DNA of 64,000 nucleotides from an uncultured Nitrososphaerales archaeon (GCA_963695855.1 CAVOHZ010000003.1:320001-384000); one strand, 5' to 3'; shown: positions 1 to 11,982, counted from the first letter of the stretch. Notes: generated by a model from the letters alone, not told the origin. Program-made: numbers and translations.

Positions 1-6
1 CACCAA

Positions 7-1410
7 TCATGCTCCTTCTGTCCCTGTTTCTACAAGAGCCTTCTTTCTATATTTTGTAATAAATTCCGACTTTATACGTTTCAATTCGGATTCTGGCAGA
101 TCACTTAAGAGGTCCCACCCAATATCTAGCGTCTGTTCAATCGATCTATTTTCATTTACTCCCTGATTTACGAATTTACGTTCAAAATTATTAGCAATTT
201 TAACAAATTTTCTATCAGTATCACTTAATGCTTCCTCTCCGACTATTGCGGCCAATCCCCTAGCATCTTTTCCTTGGGCATATGTTGCATAGAGCTGATC
301 AGCTAGATTTCTGTGATCTTCCCTTGTTCTACCACTACCGATCCCCTGATTCATTAATCTTGAGAGACTTGTTAGTACATCAACTGGAGGTTGAATATTC
401 AATCTGTTCAGATCTCTACTCAAAACTATCTGACCTTCTGTAATATATCCAGTAAGATCGGGTATAGGATGTGTAATATCATCTGCTGGCATAGCAAGAA
501 TTGGAATTTGGGTAACAGAACCCTTTCTACCTTTAATTTTTCCTGCACGTTCATAAATTGAGGACAGATCTGTATACATATAACCCGGGTATCCCCTTCT
601 TCCAGGGACCTCTTCACGTGCTGCGGAAATTTCCCTTAGAGCTTCACAATAATTGGTCATGTCTGTGAGTATAACTAACACATGCATCTCGCGCTCATAG
701 GCAAGAAATTCTGCTGTTGTTAGGGCAAGTCTTGGAGTAAGTATACGTTCCATTGAAGGATCAGATGATAGATTTAGGAAAAGAACACTTCTACCAAGTG
801 CTCCACTTTCTTCAAACTGATTCACAAAGAAATTAGCTTCTTCACTTGTAATACCCATTGCAGCAAATACTACAGAAAAATTTTCTGAGGTTCCAAGAAC
901 TTTGGCTTGTCTAGCAATCTGTGTTGCTAGTAAATTATGTGGTAAGCCAGCACCGGAAAAAATAGGAAGTTTCTGTCCTCTGACAAGAGTATTCATCCCA
1001 TCTATGTTAGACATGCCTGTCTGGATAAATTCAGATGGTTCTTCTCTAGAATAGGGATTTATTCCAGAACCTACCAAATCAAATTTTTGTTTAGATATAA
1101 TTTTCGGTCCATTATCTCTTGGTTTTCCCAATCCGTCAAAAGTTCTTCCGAGCATTTCGTCAGATACGGAAATCATGGCGGTTTCACCCAAGAATTTTGT
1201 TGAAGTTCCGCTAGTAGAAAGTCCATATGTTGCTCCAAATACTTGAACAACTGCCAAGCCTTGTTTTGTATCAAGTACTTGTCCTAAACGACGTTCTCCA
1301 TCTGCTAACTTTATCTCCACCATCTCTCCGTAGGCTGCATTATCAACACCTTCAACAAAAATCAAAGGACCAGCTATCTTGGATAACGTTTTAAACGCTA
1401 CATTAGACAT
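7..1410 (-). CDS. atpB: A/V-type ATP synthase subunit B
   Basis: Motifs [30 protein letters not shown] and [16 protein letters not shown]; directly downstream of subunit A. Confidence 0.98.
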   Translation of the reverse strand: MSNVAFKTLSKIAGPLIFVEGVDNAAYGEMVEIKLADGERRLGQVLDTKQGLAVVQVFGATYGLSTSGTSTKFLGETAMISVSDEMLGRTFDGLGKPRDNGPKIISKQKFDLVGSGINPYSREEPSEFIQTGMSNIDGMNTLVRGQKLPIFSGAGLPHNLLATQIARQAKVLGTSENFSVVFAAMGITSEEANFFVNQFEESGALGRSVLFLNLSSDPSMERILTPRLALTTAEFLAYEREMHVLVILTDMTNYCEALREISAAREEVPGRRGYPGYMYTDLSSIYERAGKIKGRKGSVTQIPILAMPADDITHPIPDLTGYITEGQIVLSRDLNRLNIQPPVDVLTSLSRLMNQGIGSGRTREDHRNLADQLYATYAQGKDARGLAAIVGEEALSDTDRKFVKIANNFERKFVNQGVNENRSIEQTLDIGWDLLSDLPESELKRIKSEFITKYRKKALVETGTEGA

Positions 1411-1412
1411 TT

Positions 1413-3179
1413 CTAAAGTGTTACCTCCAGCAACAAATTATCATACTGTTGTTTCATATTTATCTTGATCTCATTAATTAATTGTTCAACCTCTTCTTCT
1501 TTTGTCCATTTCATCTTTGATAAAAGTTTTCGTGCCTCAAGGGAACCAACCTTTGAGGATGGAACCCCTTTCTTTATAGCTTCAGCTTCCATTCTTCCAA
1601 ATTCTAATATCATAGAGAGCATCAAATTCTGTTTTTTGATAGAGGTGTAAGTATCGACCTCATCGTAAGCACTTTGCTGAAGATAGTCTTCTCGAATAGA
1701 TCGTGCAGTATCTAAAATACCTTTTTCAGGTTCAGGTAATGCATCATATCCTATCAGTTGAACAATTTCTTGTAATTCTGACTCCCTTTGCAAAATTTCT
1801 AAAGCTTCCTTCCTATGCGGAATCCATTCAGAAGAGACATTGTTGTTGTACCAGTTAGTCATATCATCAGCATACAAGGAATAACTTGTTAGCCAGTTTA
1901 TAGACGGGAAGTGCCTTCTTGAGGCTAAATTGGCATCGAGCGCCCAAAATACTCTTGTAACTCTTAAAGTATTTTGAGAAACAGGTTCAGAAAAGTCTCC
2001 TCCTGGTGGAGATACTGCACCGACTAAAGTCAGAGAACCCACCCGCTCTTCGGGAGATATTACTATTGCCTTTCCTCCCCTTTCATAAAATTCCGCTAGT
2101 CTTCTTCCAAGGTAAGCGGGATATCCTTCTTCTCCAGGCATTTCTTCCAGCCTGCCTGAGATTTCTCTCAATGCTTCAGCCCACCTTGAGGTACTATCAG
2201 CCATCAAGGCCACGTCATATCCCATGTCTCGATAATATTCACCCATCGTAATACCAGTATAGATACTTGCTTCACGGGCTGCAACAGGCATGTTCGATGT
2301 ATTTGCAACAAGAATTGTTCTCTCCATTAATGGTCTTTTTGATTTTGGATCTTCCAATTCTGGAAAAGTAGTGAGAATCTCTGTCATTTCGTTTCCTCTT
2401 TCACCGCATCCAATGTAAACGATAACACTACTGTCTGCCCACTTTGCAAGTTGCTGTTGAGTTACTGTTTTTCCACTTCCAAATGGTCCTGGAATAGCTG
2501 CTGTCCCACCCTTTGCTACTGGAAAAAAGGTATCAAGAACACGCTGTCCTGTAAGCAAGGGTGACTCTGGTGCAAGTTTGCGAAGAACAGGTCTTGCCAT
2601 TCTTACCATCCACCAACTTGATAAACCAATATCCTCAGTACCGGTATTTGTTTTCACTTGTGCAACATTTTCATTAACTGTGTATTTCCCTTCTGTTATT
2701 TCAGAAAGTTGACCACTAATACCAAATGGAATCATTATTTTGTGACTTATCAATGGAGTTTCTTGAACTTCACCAATTATTTCACCTGGAGAAACGTTTT
2801 CACCATTTTTCTTGATCGGGATAAAATCCCATTTTTTATGTTCGTCTAAAGCGGGAATAATATTGCCTCTACTGATAAAATCACCGCTTTTCTCCCTTAA
2901 TACATCGAGTGGACGCTGAATTCCATCATAAATTGACGTCAACAATCCTGGTCCAAGCTGCATTGATAGAGGTCTCTTTGTGTTGATTACTTTCTCTCCA
3001 GGTCTAAGCCCTGTTGTATCTTCGTATACTTGTATGGTGGCCTTATTACCGTCAAGACGGATAATCTCTCCGAGCAAACCTAAGTCTCCAATTCTTACAA
3101 CATCATACATTTTTGCTGCTTCAACGTCTGTTGCTACAACTACTGGACCCGAAATTCTCGAAACAATAGCAGTTGACAT
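1413..3179 (-). CDS. atpA: A/V-type ATP synthase subunit A (no intein)
   Basis: P-loop [43 protein letters not shown]; 588 aa. Confidence 0.98.
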   Translation of the reverse strand: MSTAIVSRISGPVVVATDVEAAKMYDVVRIGDLGLLGEIIRLDGNKATIQVYEDTTGLRPGEKVINTKRPLSMQLGPGLLTSIYDGIQRPLDVLREKSGDFISRGNIIPALDEHKKWDFIPIKKNGENVSPGEIIGEVQETPLISHKIMIPFGISGQLSEITEGKYTVNENVAQVKTNTGTEDIGLSSWWMVRMARPVLRKLAPESPLLTGQRVLDTFFPVAKGGTAAIPGPFGSGKTVTQQQLAKWADSSVIVYIGCGERGNEMTEILTTFPELEDPKSKRPLMERTILVANTSNMPVAAREASIYTGITMGEYYRDMGYDVALMADSTSRWAEALREISGRLEEMPGEEGYPAYLGRRLAEFYERGGKAIVISPEERVGSLTLVGAVSPPGGDFSEPVSQNTLRVTRVFWALDANLASRRHFPSINWLTSYSLYADDMTNWYNNNVSSEWIPHRKEALEILQRESELQEIVQLIGYDALPEPEKGILDTARSIREDYLQQSAYDEVDTYTSIKKQNLMLSMILEFGRMEAEAIKKGVPSSKVGSLEARKLLSKMKWTKEEEVEQLINEIKINMKQQYDNLLLEVTL

Positions 3180-3199
3180 ACTAATAATTCACTCCTTCA

Positions 3200-3544
3200 T
3201 CATCCCATTTTAATACTTATCCCAAGTACACGTTTAGCCAACGCCGCGATCGATTCTTCCTGAACACTTCCTTTTAAAGAGGGCATAAATAAAACCAATG
3301 GTTCAATAGATCCTTCGACCCTTGTTCTGAATAAGTGTGGAAGAGAAGCACTAACAAACTGACTAGCGATTATCAAGTTAAACTTACGAGAGAAGAAAAT
3401 ACTTTCCATAGTTTTCAGGGCCTCATCTGCTTGGTTAACTATGTATGTATCGTCTATTCCCAATAGGCGATAGCCCATTACAAGTTCTCTTTCACCTATT
3501 ACAGCAATAGCACCATCTGATTCTGATTTTTGTTTAGTTGACAT
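3200..3544 (-). CDS. atpF: A/V-type ATP synthase subunit F
   Basis: IAVIGERELVMGYRLLG N-terminus, size, position upstream of A. Confidence 0.92.
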   Translation of the reverse strand: MSTKQKSESDGAIAVIGERELVMGYRLLGIDDTYIVNQADEALKTMESIFFSRKFNLIIASQFVSASLPHLFRTRVEGSIEPLVLFMPSLKGSVQEESIAALAKRVLGISIKMG

Positions 3545-3550
3545 TTTATA

Positions 3551-4618
3551 TCACTCCAAAAGCAGCATTGATTTTATACGTTCAACGGGGATATCATAAC
3601 GTTTTCCATACGCTATTCTTTTTATGTTGTCCCATTCAGATTCTGCAGTTAAGATAAAATGAAAAATTGTTCCTATTGAGAGTGCTATATTTTTCAATCT
3701 TTTTACATATGTTTTAATAATAAATTTATCCAACGCCAGCTCAAAATCTATTAGACTGTTGGTCTTGATAAAGGTATCCAATAATTCATCTAACTTGTAG
3801 TAATCTTGTATTTTCCCTACAAATTCATTAATATTTTTTAATCCAAAAATATCAAGCAAGATATTCAATGGAATGTTCCCCCCTTCGATAAGATGTTTAT
3901 TTAACAATTCTCGATCCAGATTGGAATCCCTAGCTTTTAGTACATTTAAAATGTTCTTTTTATCTATTTGTGCTCTAAATAACTCTCTAATTACTCCCTC
4001 ATCACCTTGAAAAAACTTTAAGGATTCAAGTAATGACTTGTAATAATATGATTGAAGATCAGCCATCATAGGACCAAGGTCGGCTGTTTTTTGATAAGCA
4101 TCAAGATGTTGCATCAATATGGTTCCATATCTATATTTTATGAGTTGATTCACGACACCCTCTACATTGGTTTGCGACAAAATAATTTTCATTTCATCAT
4201 GTGCAATATTTCCCGCTGAGATTCCTGCAGGAACATTTCTACTAGATACCAGAAAATGTTCTGTTTCCGTTATTGCACGTCCTATTATTTTTGAAGATAA
4301 AATTAATTCTATATTATGAATATCCCACTTTAAAAGATAGGCTCTGACTGCAGCCCTTCCACTGAAGGGTGTTGCTTCAAGAGCAATTTTGTTTATATCA
4401 ACCATATGTCTATTGAGAGCTACTTCTAAAAGTTCTGGTGGCGAATATAGAGCTGCTGCTTTTTCTATTTCTGGACCATACGATGTAGGTTCAAGCATTC
4501 TAATAATTTCAGCAACATCTTTAGCTTGAGCAAGACTTAAAATAAAATCCTTAGATAGAAAGCTCATCGAGAGTGCCTGTAATCTTCCAAAAGAAGAGGA
4601 ATATGATGAGGTTGTCAT
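3551..4618 (-). CDS. atpC: A/V-type ATP synthase subunit C
   Basis: 355 aa helical protein with WDIHNI and C-terminal EWDNIKRIAYGK; operon position. Confidence 0.9.
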   Translation of the reverse strand: MTTSSYSSSFGRLQALSMSFLSKDFILSLAQAKDVAEIIRMLEPTSYGPEIEKAAALYSPPELLEVALNRHMVDINKIALEATPFSGRAAVRAYLLKWDIHNIELILSSKIIGRAITETEHFLVSSRNVPAGISAGNIAHDEMKIILSQTNVEGVVNQLIKYRYGTILMQHLDAYQKTADLGPMMADLQSYYYKSLLESLKFFQGDEGVIRELFRAQIDKKNILNVLKARDSNLDRELLNKHLIEGGNIPLNILLDIFGLKNINEFVGKIQDYYKLDELLDTFIKTNSLIDFELALDKFIIKTYVKRLKNIALSIGTIFHFILTAESEWDNIKRIAYGKRYDIPVERIKSMLLLE

Positions 4619-4619
4619 A

Positions 4620-5183
4620 CTACTTTATCATTCTCTCAAGAAGAAAACTTTTTACATCATCTTCATGAGTTCTTAATAACTCTTCAATGGTGAGATCGAG
4701 CTCTCTTGTTCCATTATTATCCTCTGCTAGAATTCCTCCGATAGTATCGATAGTTGCTCCGAGTGTTACGTTCATAGCTTTAATAGCCATACTATCATCA
4801 ACATTAGAATGAATTACTACGTTCTTACCCAAATTCTTTTTTGCATGGTTGACCATCCTTTCCAGAGTTTTTTTGTATTCCGGTTTCTTGGTATAATTTT
4901 TTAATTCTTGTCTTATTGTATTAAAGGTGGAATCCATGTTTTCATTAATTGCATCAAATAGGATCTTTTTTGCGTTTAACCTAGCTGTCTCCACTATCCT
5001 AGCCGCATCTCTTTGAGATTTTACTTTTGCTTCATTAGCATAAAACTCTTCGAGCTCTTTTATTGTAGTCTCCTTTGATCTTTCAATAGCTGTTTTTTTT
5101 TCAGCAAAAGAAGTATCAATGATATCTATTTTTCTTTGTTTCCTCTCATCAATCTCTCGCATGAAAGTGAACAGGCTTGCCAT
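4620..5183 (-). CDS. atpE: A/V-type ATP synthase subunit E
   Basis: Coiled-coil N-terminus, IDTIGGILAE...DLTIEE C-terminus; lies between K and C. Confidence 0.85.
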   Translation of the reverse strand: MASLFTFMREIDERKQRKIDIIDTSFAEKKTAIERSKETTIKELEEFYANEAKVKSQRDAARIVETARLNAKKILFDAINENMDSTFNTIRQELKNYTKKPEYKKTLERMVNHAKKNLGKNVVIHSNVDDSMAIKAMNVTLGATIDTIGGILAEDNNGTRELDLTIEELLRTHEDDVKSFLLERMIK

Positions 5184-5198
5184 CTAACAAGTCGCCAC

Positions 5199-5543
5199 TT
5201 AGAGTATTCCTAACAGTAGAATTATTCCTAGCACGAAACCGATAATCCAAAGAGTCTCAGGGATTACGAAGAAGAATAGAACTTGTCCAAACTTCTCTGG
5301 TTTCTCTGCTATTATCCCCATTCCTGCCGCACCTATACCTTGCTGAGCATTTCCCGTACCTATAAGACCACCTGCAATCGCTATTGCTGCCGCAATTGCC
5401 AATAATGGCTTCGTAAAATCTGATTTAGTTGCTGCTGATGTCTCTTGGGCGAACACTTGTGTAGAAGATAACGTAAATACAGCTATTGCCAATCCTGCAA
5501 TTATAGTAATAATTGACAATTTTGAACCATTATATCGCATCAT
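5199..5543 (-). CDS. atpK: A/V-type ATP synthase subunit K (c, proteolipid) with N-terminal signal peptide
   Basis: Hairpin GIGAAGMG...EKPEKFG...IPETLW with ion-binding Glu; leader ending VFA-Q. Confidence 0.92.
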   Translation of the reverse strand: MMRYNGSKLSIITIIAGLAIAVFTLSSTQVFAQETSAATKSDFTKPLLAIAAAIAIAGGLIGTGNAQQGIGAAGMGIIAEKPEKFGQVLFFFVIPETLWIIGFVLGIILLLGIL

Positions 5544-6154
5544 TACTAGATAAGGTTACTTATGTGGTTATATTAAGAGTTTTCTCCAAAAATCATAAGA
5601 ATTTGTATGCAACCTATGAAAGAACAGGATAGTTTATTAATTAATTTCAACTAATGAATAATAGATTGCATTTTTTAACTCCTATATCATTTAGAAATTC
5701 GAAAAGATATTTCATTAAGCTCTAGATTAAATCTATTAGATAAGAAATAGTAGATGCGTTTTTGGGAGGTAACTGAGGTCAAATAGATTCTTCTATAATA
5801 CTTAGTATCGTATAAAAATATTCAACTTGCTCATTGTTGAATTTCTCCGCTTACCCCGATTTTATAAATTTCATAAAAGTTCGACGTAATTTGCAATGCG
5901 AATTTAGTGAACCAAGAATTGATATTTGGATTTACGTTACTATCATATTGATGTTACCGATGATTTCTGATTGGTTTGCTATTTTTTGTTAATTATTTGA
6001 CACTTCGATCTAATATTCAATAATACAAAAAAAAATTTTTAATTGCTGGTTATACGGTCATATTATGTATGTAAAACATTCCTGAAAATTTGTTATTATA
6101 TTGATTTTAAATTAAGTCGAATCAACAAAAAAAGTCAGGAGAATTTCAATTAAC

Positions 6155-6424
6155 TTACCCAGTCATATTTTGCTCAGTGTTCGTTAGATTAGAAGTTATA
6201 TTTGCAAGAGCACTTGCAGTCGCGTTAACAATACTTTCTGTTGTATTTCCAATAGACTCAACGAATGAAAAATTCTCCAGGGGATTACCGCCAGTCAACT
6301 TTTCTAATTCTTCTATGCTCCCTACGTCCTTCCCATTTTGAGAAGCGTTTTGTGCAAAAACGTTAGCAGTAGATGTCAGTGCCACCAGACTAGCAAAGAT
6401 AACCAAAGTAATTGCTTGATTCAT
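6155..6424 (-). CDS. Small secreted protein
   Basis: Signal peptide ending VFA-Q; several N-x-S/T sequons. Confidence 0.75.
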   Translation of the reverse strand: MNQAITLVIFASLVALTSTANVFAQNASQNGKDVGSIEELEKLTGGNPLENFSFVESIGNTTESIVNATASALANITSNLTNTEQNMTG

Positions 6425-6918
6425 AATAAATTTCTGAATCTAATCATATATTATCTTTTATATTCATACAAGATCTAATAAAATTTGAATTTATTCATAC
6501 GTTTCGGCTTGAATTGCAGAACAAATAATCTTCATTCGTCGGTCAAAAAAAATATATTTCTAATATTTTTATCTATATTTTTAACCCATATCCATAATGG
6601 AAGTTTTTCAATTTAGACATAAATCATCACGTCACGTCACGTCATATATTCTATGCCCATCTTATTCTAATTTTATAAATGAAACCGAGTTTTTTCTAAT
6701 TCTTGAATTTAACACCTAGTGATAACTTGTAAAAGAAAGATGTTTTAATATTTGACATATTTTTTACTTATCAATAAGACGGAGATAAAAAGAGTATGGG
6801 ATTAACCAAATATCGGGAAAGTCCCATTGTGAAAAATCTAAGAGATTACCCATATATCATAATGCCGTGATTGAAAGAGATTACAATGCTAATAAAGTTT
6901 GTTAGTTAATATTATTTA

Positions 6919-7125
6919 TTGGGAATTACAGAAAAATTGGAAAACATTATAAGAATTTGCAGATATGAAGACGATGTAGATAAAAAAGTTGTGCTGTTAC
7001 TTTTGATCGATAGCTTGTTGCCAAACACAAATAAATTAAAAATTCCTTCATATGTGACAAGGGACTATATCGATTTGGTTTTAAATGAGCTAGAGAAAAA
7101 GATCGAATATGAAAAAGTAATTTAA
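6919..7125 (+). CDS. Small hypothetical protein
   Basis: 68 aa ORF with protein-like composition. Confidence 0.55.
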   Translation: MGITEKLENIIRICRYEDDVDKKVVLLLLIDSLLPNTNKLKIPSYVTRDYIDLVLNELEKKIEYEKVI

Positions 7126-7386
7126 CGAACCAAATGAAAATATAGTATTTCACTGTAATTTTCACGGAATTCTAAATCATAATTACTTTACAATCTCATA
7201 ATATCTAATACTAATTATATAAAATGTATTTCCTAGATCTAGAATTCTTTTTATATATCTTATAATTCAAAATCTTTTTAAAATACCACCAAAATTTCCT
7301 GTTTAAAATAAGTTCAGATTATTATAAACATCCTACAATAAGAATAAAAATTTTAATAGCTTTAAATTTATAATACTGGGAATGAA

Positions 7387-7791
7387 TTGAGAGCAAAAAA
7401 AATTATGATTATAGAAGATGAATTAGATATTTTATTATTGTATAAAGACTACCTTACGAACAAGGGGTATGATGTTATAGGGACCTCTACGACTGCAAAT
7501 GAAATTTTGAAAGATTATGAAAGTTCTCTCCCAGACATTGTTATGTTAGATTATAAATTACCAGGAAATATGAATGGTCTTGAAGCAGCTAAAATGCTCT
7601 TGCAGAAAAACAGGGATTTATCGATAATATTGGTTACTGCTTTTGATGAGGTAAAGAAGGAGATAAATAAAGATCCTTTGTTTTCTGGTAAACATATATC
7701 AGTACTTATTAAACCGGTTAGATTGAACTTGCTTGAAAGACATATAAGGAACTTAGCAAATATTTTTCCAAAAAACAGGAAAAACAAATAA
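7387..7791 (+). CDS. Stand-alone response regulator receiver (CheY-like)
   Basis: IIEDE, PDIVMLDYKLPG, VTA, KP motifs. Confidence 0.92.
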   Translation: MRAKKIMIIEDELDILLLYKDYLTNKGYDVIGTSTTANEILKDYESSLPDIVMLDYKLPGNMNGLEAAKMLLQKNRDLSIILVTAFDEVKKEINKDPLFSGKHISVLIKPVRLNLLERHIRNLANIFPKNRKNK

Positions 7792-7926
7792 TATTAGATT
7801 AGATTAGATTATGTTTACTATCTTATATGTGTAGTTAATCTAGATTTATAATCTTATTGTGTAAATATTTTTATCATCAATAATTTTTATATATTTGACT
7901 ATTTCACAGACTTAAATATAATAGTT

Positions 7927-8277
7927 TTAGACGACGTACATTTCTGATGCTTTCTGCTTTTCCAGGTCTAAAGCTATTATGAATAAACATGTTTTTAATA
8001 TATCTACGGCATACGAAAGCCTAGTAACATCTATTACATCTTTAGTATTTCTCAGCTCGTAGTTTAATTCAGTTGTGGCATCTTGAATTATCGTTGTTAA
8101 AGAGTACAAGTCATTAACTTTTTCACTTACAAATTTGACCCAGGTCAGGAGTGCTATCTCGACTGATTCATGATATTTAATATTATCTACGAAATTATTG
8201 TCATAGTCTTTGGTTACCTTATTTACAATCTCCATAAAATTTATTTCAGTTTTGAGAGTCATTTTAATCAAAAACAA
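7927..8277 (-). CDS. Hypothetical protein
   Basis: ORF directly downstream of TFB; true start may be the internal ATG (MTLKTE). Confidence 0.6.
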   Translation of the reverse strand: MFLIKMTLKTEINFMEIVNKVTKDYDNNFVDNIKYHESVEIALLTWVKFVSEKVNDLYSLTTIIQDATTELNYELRNTKDVIDVTRLSYAVDILKTCLFIIALDLEKQKASEMYVV

Positions 8278-8309
8278 AAAAAAGTAGACGGTTGTTAGTC
8301 AAGATTTTT

Positions 8310-9245
8310 TTACTCATTTTTTGATAATGCATTATCTGGCAAATGAGGGAAAATTTGTTTTACGTCAAGAAATCTTTTTCGTAGCGTCACAACACTCATA
8401 TTTCCTGCAGTTGCAATTTTCGATTGAGTTATTTTTTCCCCTTTTTCTAGACAGGCACCATATAAGGTAGCAACAGATAAAGCTGTTGGGTCCTTTCCAT
8501 ACGAGATAGAATCGTCGTTGATTAACCTCATCATTTCTAACGCCCTAACCATAGTTTGTCGAGTTATACCTGCTATACCAGCAATTTTTGTCATGTGAGT
8601 GGTAGAATCAATTAATGGTAGATTGATTATTAAGCGTCTAAGAAGCAGACGATAACAACGCCCTGCAAAGACTTTATCAGCATTAACAGAATTAGCTATC
8701 TCACTTATTGTACGAGGAACTTTCAGTTCTCTGCAAACCACATATACACAGGCAACAATGAATTCTTTAATAGACCGACCTTTTATTATTTTTAAGTCTA
8801 CTACCTTACGGTAATAGTATGCTGATTTTTCGATAATTGTTTCACTTAATGATAACTTATCTTTTATTCGCATTAGAATGCTAAATGCTTTCTTTAAATT
8901 TCTGTGATAGCTTCTGTTACTATTTGATATCTTGTTCCAATGACGTATCTTAACTGCTTTTGAGATTTGTTTAACGTTTAGTTGATTGCCATACGCATCT
9001 ACATTTTGTTGAGAAATTGTTGTAGACAATCCTTTATCAAAAATAAGCAGTGAATTTTTTTCCAAGTTTTGCGATCTATCAACTGAAATATCATCAGTAA
9101 CGAACTGCTCGCAATTTACTACTCCACAATTAGTACAAACTATCTCATTACTAACACTGTCAAAAACAAGGTTTGAATTTTTACAATTAAAGCAAATATC
9201 TTTTGCTGTATCTGGTTTCTGCAATTTTTCTACTAATTTACTCAC
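8310..9245 (-). CDS. tfb: Transcription initiation factor IIB (TFB) paralog
   Basis: Zn ribbon CxxC...CxxCG, DKGLSTTI, cyclin repeats GRSI / PRTISEIA / GKDP / VTLRKR. Confidence 0.93.
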   Translation of the reverse strand: MSKLVEKLQKPDTAKDICFNCKNSNLVFDSVSNEIVCTNCGVVNCEQFVTDDISVDRSQNLEKNSLLIFDKGLSTTISQQNVDAYGNQLNVKQISKAVKIRHWNKISNSNRSYHRNLKKAFSILMRIKDKLSLSETIIEKSAYYYRKVVDLKIIKGRSIKEFIVACVYVVCRELKVPRTISEIANSVNADKVFAGRCYRLLLRRLIINLPLIDSTTHMTKIAGIAGITRQTMVRALEMMRLINDDSISYGKDPTALSVATLYGACLEKGEKITQSKIATAGNMSVVTLRKRFLDVKQIFPHLPDNALSKNE

Positions 9246-9374
9246 AGGTAGAACTTATTTTTGCAAATAATAAAGAATAGGTTTACATTGTACGAAAAAA
9301 ATGTATAAAATTACAAATAACTACAAACAAACACAAAGAAACACAATTATAAGCGCGTAGCATTCTCAAGTATA

Positions 9375-9896
9375 GTGAAATCGGTTACACGATCCTTTAG
9401 AATTGATGATCCTCTATCTAAGATTCTAGATGAAGAAGCGGACAGAATGGGGATTTCCGTCAATGCCTTGGTTAATATAATTATTAAACAATATCTGGAT
9501 TTCACGCGTTATTTGTCAAAAATAGACATGGTTATTATTAATAGAGAGCTCTTGAAGATTTTGTTAGAATCCTTAGAAGAGAAAGAGATCTATGATATTG
9601 CAATTTTATTTGGAAGCACTACACCAAAAGATACAATATTATTTTGGAAAAAAGAACTGTCCAATCATACCGTTTTCGAATACGTTGAAAAAATTGTTTG
9701 TAGATACGGTTTGTTAGGAACGTATGATGAGATAATCCAAAATGACATGAAAACAATTGTTATAAGGCATCGACTTGGAAAAAAAGGTTCGGTCTTTTTT
9801 AGCGGTTATTTGAAATCTACATTGAAAAATACATTAGGAATAGATACATCATTAGACTTGACCGAATCATCTGTAAAAATTGAAATTAAAATATAG
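9375..9896 (+). CDS. Ribbon-helix-helix (CopG-like) domain protein
   Basis: N-terminal VTRSFRID...LDEEA...ISVNALVNII; divergent from tfb. Confidence 0.75.
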   Translation: MKSVTRSFRIDDPLSKILDEEADRMGISVNALVNIIIKQYLDFTRYLSKIDMVIINRELLKILLESLEEKEIYDIAILFGSTTPKDTILFWKKELSNHTVFEYVEKIVCRYGLLGTYDEIIQNDMKTIVIRHRLGKKGSVFFSGYLKSTLKNTLGIDTSLDLTESSVKIEIKI

Positions 9897-10306
9897 TAAA
9901 ACATTAGAGAAATTTAATCGGAAAGTGACAATGATTTTTATACGTCTACGGTCTACGATATAACAAGATAAAGCAAAACAGCACGAATTAGAGAAGCATT
10001 AATCTTGGTTTGAAATCCTAATACTACTAGTTATCTTGGAAATTTTGTCCCAGGATGAAATTTTAACAAACCAGATTCATTTGACAGCAGGTTTAATCTT
10101 ATAATTGTTACTACAAATTGTAAGAATTATGAAATCATCTTTGTAAAATGATCTTGGACAAGATCAATATGTAAAAGTAATAATTCAGAATTTAAAATAT
10201 TGTAATAGGGGATAATAAAATTAACGGGCAATGATGAAATGATATTTTACTATATTTGTTTCATTTACTGCTAATAATTATTTCAAAAATCAAGGATATG
10301 TACAGA

Positions 10307-10534
10307 TCAAAAATCATATTTCATCCATCTGTTTTCAACTATCATATTTTCAAAATCTGTTTTACTGCTGAAGTGTTCTTCTATAACATCATCATCCTGA
10401 ATAGAGTACAGAGAATAAGCTGGCAAGTGCTCTACTATAATTGTAGAATCAGATTTCATATCTATAAAAATCTCTAAAGTACTCGTGACCTGTTTTTTAA
10501 TCTCAAAATCCTCGCTCAATTTATAACTTTCCAT
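10307..10534 (-). CDS. Small acidic hypothetical protein
   Basis: ATG-started 75 aa ORF with protein-like composition. Confidence 0.5.
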   Translation of the reverse strand: MESYKLSEDFEIKKQVTSTLEIFIDMKSDSTIIVEHLPAYSLYSIQDDDVIEEHFSSKTDFENMIVENRWMKYDF

Positions 10535-11346
10535 CCGACATCATTATTATTTGCGCAGCGAAGTAGAAAAACAATTTGGATCATTAGTAAATAAAAATTT
10601 CTAACAACAGACAAAGTATATGCTTTTATTATTGCTAACACGGTTAGATTGAGCCCTTGTAATGAATTTCAATTTTATTTAATTTGATAGATGAGTAAAT
10701 AAGCATTTTAATTCGATAGTATTTGTATTCATTAATTTCATTATTTTGCCCAAAATTACTACTCGTTAAAACACTCATCATAACTACATTATGAACTAAA
10801 AAATTGCTGATCAATAACGACAATCCTAGCTCCAGATTAATTAAATAGAAACTAATTTTTAAATATTGCAACGATTTACAAAATTTGGTCATTAAAAATA
10901 TTTAATTTTCAATTCTATCCCTGTATACGGATCGTTTTGGTAGTTGAATAAAAGTCACTAGACATGTAGCTAAAAATTAGGCAACCGCAGATCCTAGCAA
11001 ATCCAAAAGAAAAATCCGTATCAAAAACCGTTAAATAGACATATTCAATGAGTAACGCATGTTCCAACCAACCAAGAAAAATAATGAATTATTCATGTTA
11101 CGGTGATGTGCTTAGAATTAGGCCTTAAGAATGGTATCTATAAAGGGGGAGGAAATTTATATTTTATTTATACGACTTAATCTCCTCTGATATGACTTCT
11201 TGATGAAAATTATGTAGGAAATCTAACTTTGGCACTAAACGCAACTGCAGTTTTATTTCAATGTCAGTTTTAAAGTTCGATTCTAAAATTGGTATAAATT
11301 GATTTTATTTGACATTGTTTATATTGGAAAATTGATAAATGAATAC

Positions 11347-11733
11347 ATGAACAAACCAAGAGTTTTCATCGTTCAGGAAGATGAGGATGCCAACATACTG
11401 TTATCTGGGATGATGTGTTTGAAGGGTATTGAGGCACACAAGTTCACCACGGGAGAAGATTGCATTAAAAAAGTAAAAGAATTCGAAGGAAAGGTAGATG
11501 TAGTAATAATTAGTGGAGATATCGCATCTGACAGATATTTAAAGATTGTATTAACCATTAAACAGATAAATAACAATATTAAAATCTTGGTGATTGCTGA
11601 AGAAGATTCTGAAAAAACTAGACTCTTGGGTTACGGAGCAGATGAATTTACTTTAAAACCGATGAGCCCCGAAAATGTCGCTGATAAAGTTTTTATGTTA
11701 ATTTCTAGGGAAGCTATACTGGATAACAGATAG
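11347..11733 (+). CDS. Atypical receiver-domain protein
   Basis: REC fold (GADEFTLKP); DVVIISGD replaces canonical DxxxxD; start placed at MNKPR. Confidence 0.8.
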   Translation: MNKPRVFIVQEDEDANILLSGMMCLKGIEAHKFTTGEDCIKKVKEFEGKVDVVIISGDIASDRYLKIVLTIKQINNNIKILVIAEEDSEKTRLLGYGADEFTLKPMSPENVADKVFMLISREAILDNR

Positions 11734-11982
11734 CAGTAGTATTATTATTTATTTTTTAACTCTAAGGTGTTTAGCGAGGTCTAGCAATTTAGATATTTTA
11801 GTAAGCCTAAGATATGTTCAATCCAGTAAATATTTTGATCTCAAGAAACGTACGTATAATTTAAAATTAACTTTATAAAGAAATTACAATGTGTTGAAAA
11901 ATAAAATTTAGGTAAAAGGACTTTTGTGTTTAATTTATATTTTTTACTTCTATATTAACTATTATGTATATTATATAATGGA

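Noticed and set aside
426-3213. Short ORFs overlapping atpA/atpB (426, 1465, 2006, 2658, 2980)
   Set aside because: Shadow frames of well-conserved genes
6626-6645. TCACG microsatellite, and the similar ATTAG repeat near 7793
   Set aside because: Too short to distinguish from ordinary slippage
10644-10892. 82-aa ORF
   Set aside because: AT-rich composition with no recognisable motif; likely spurious
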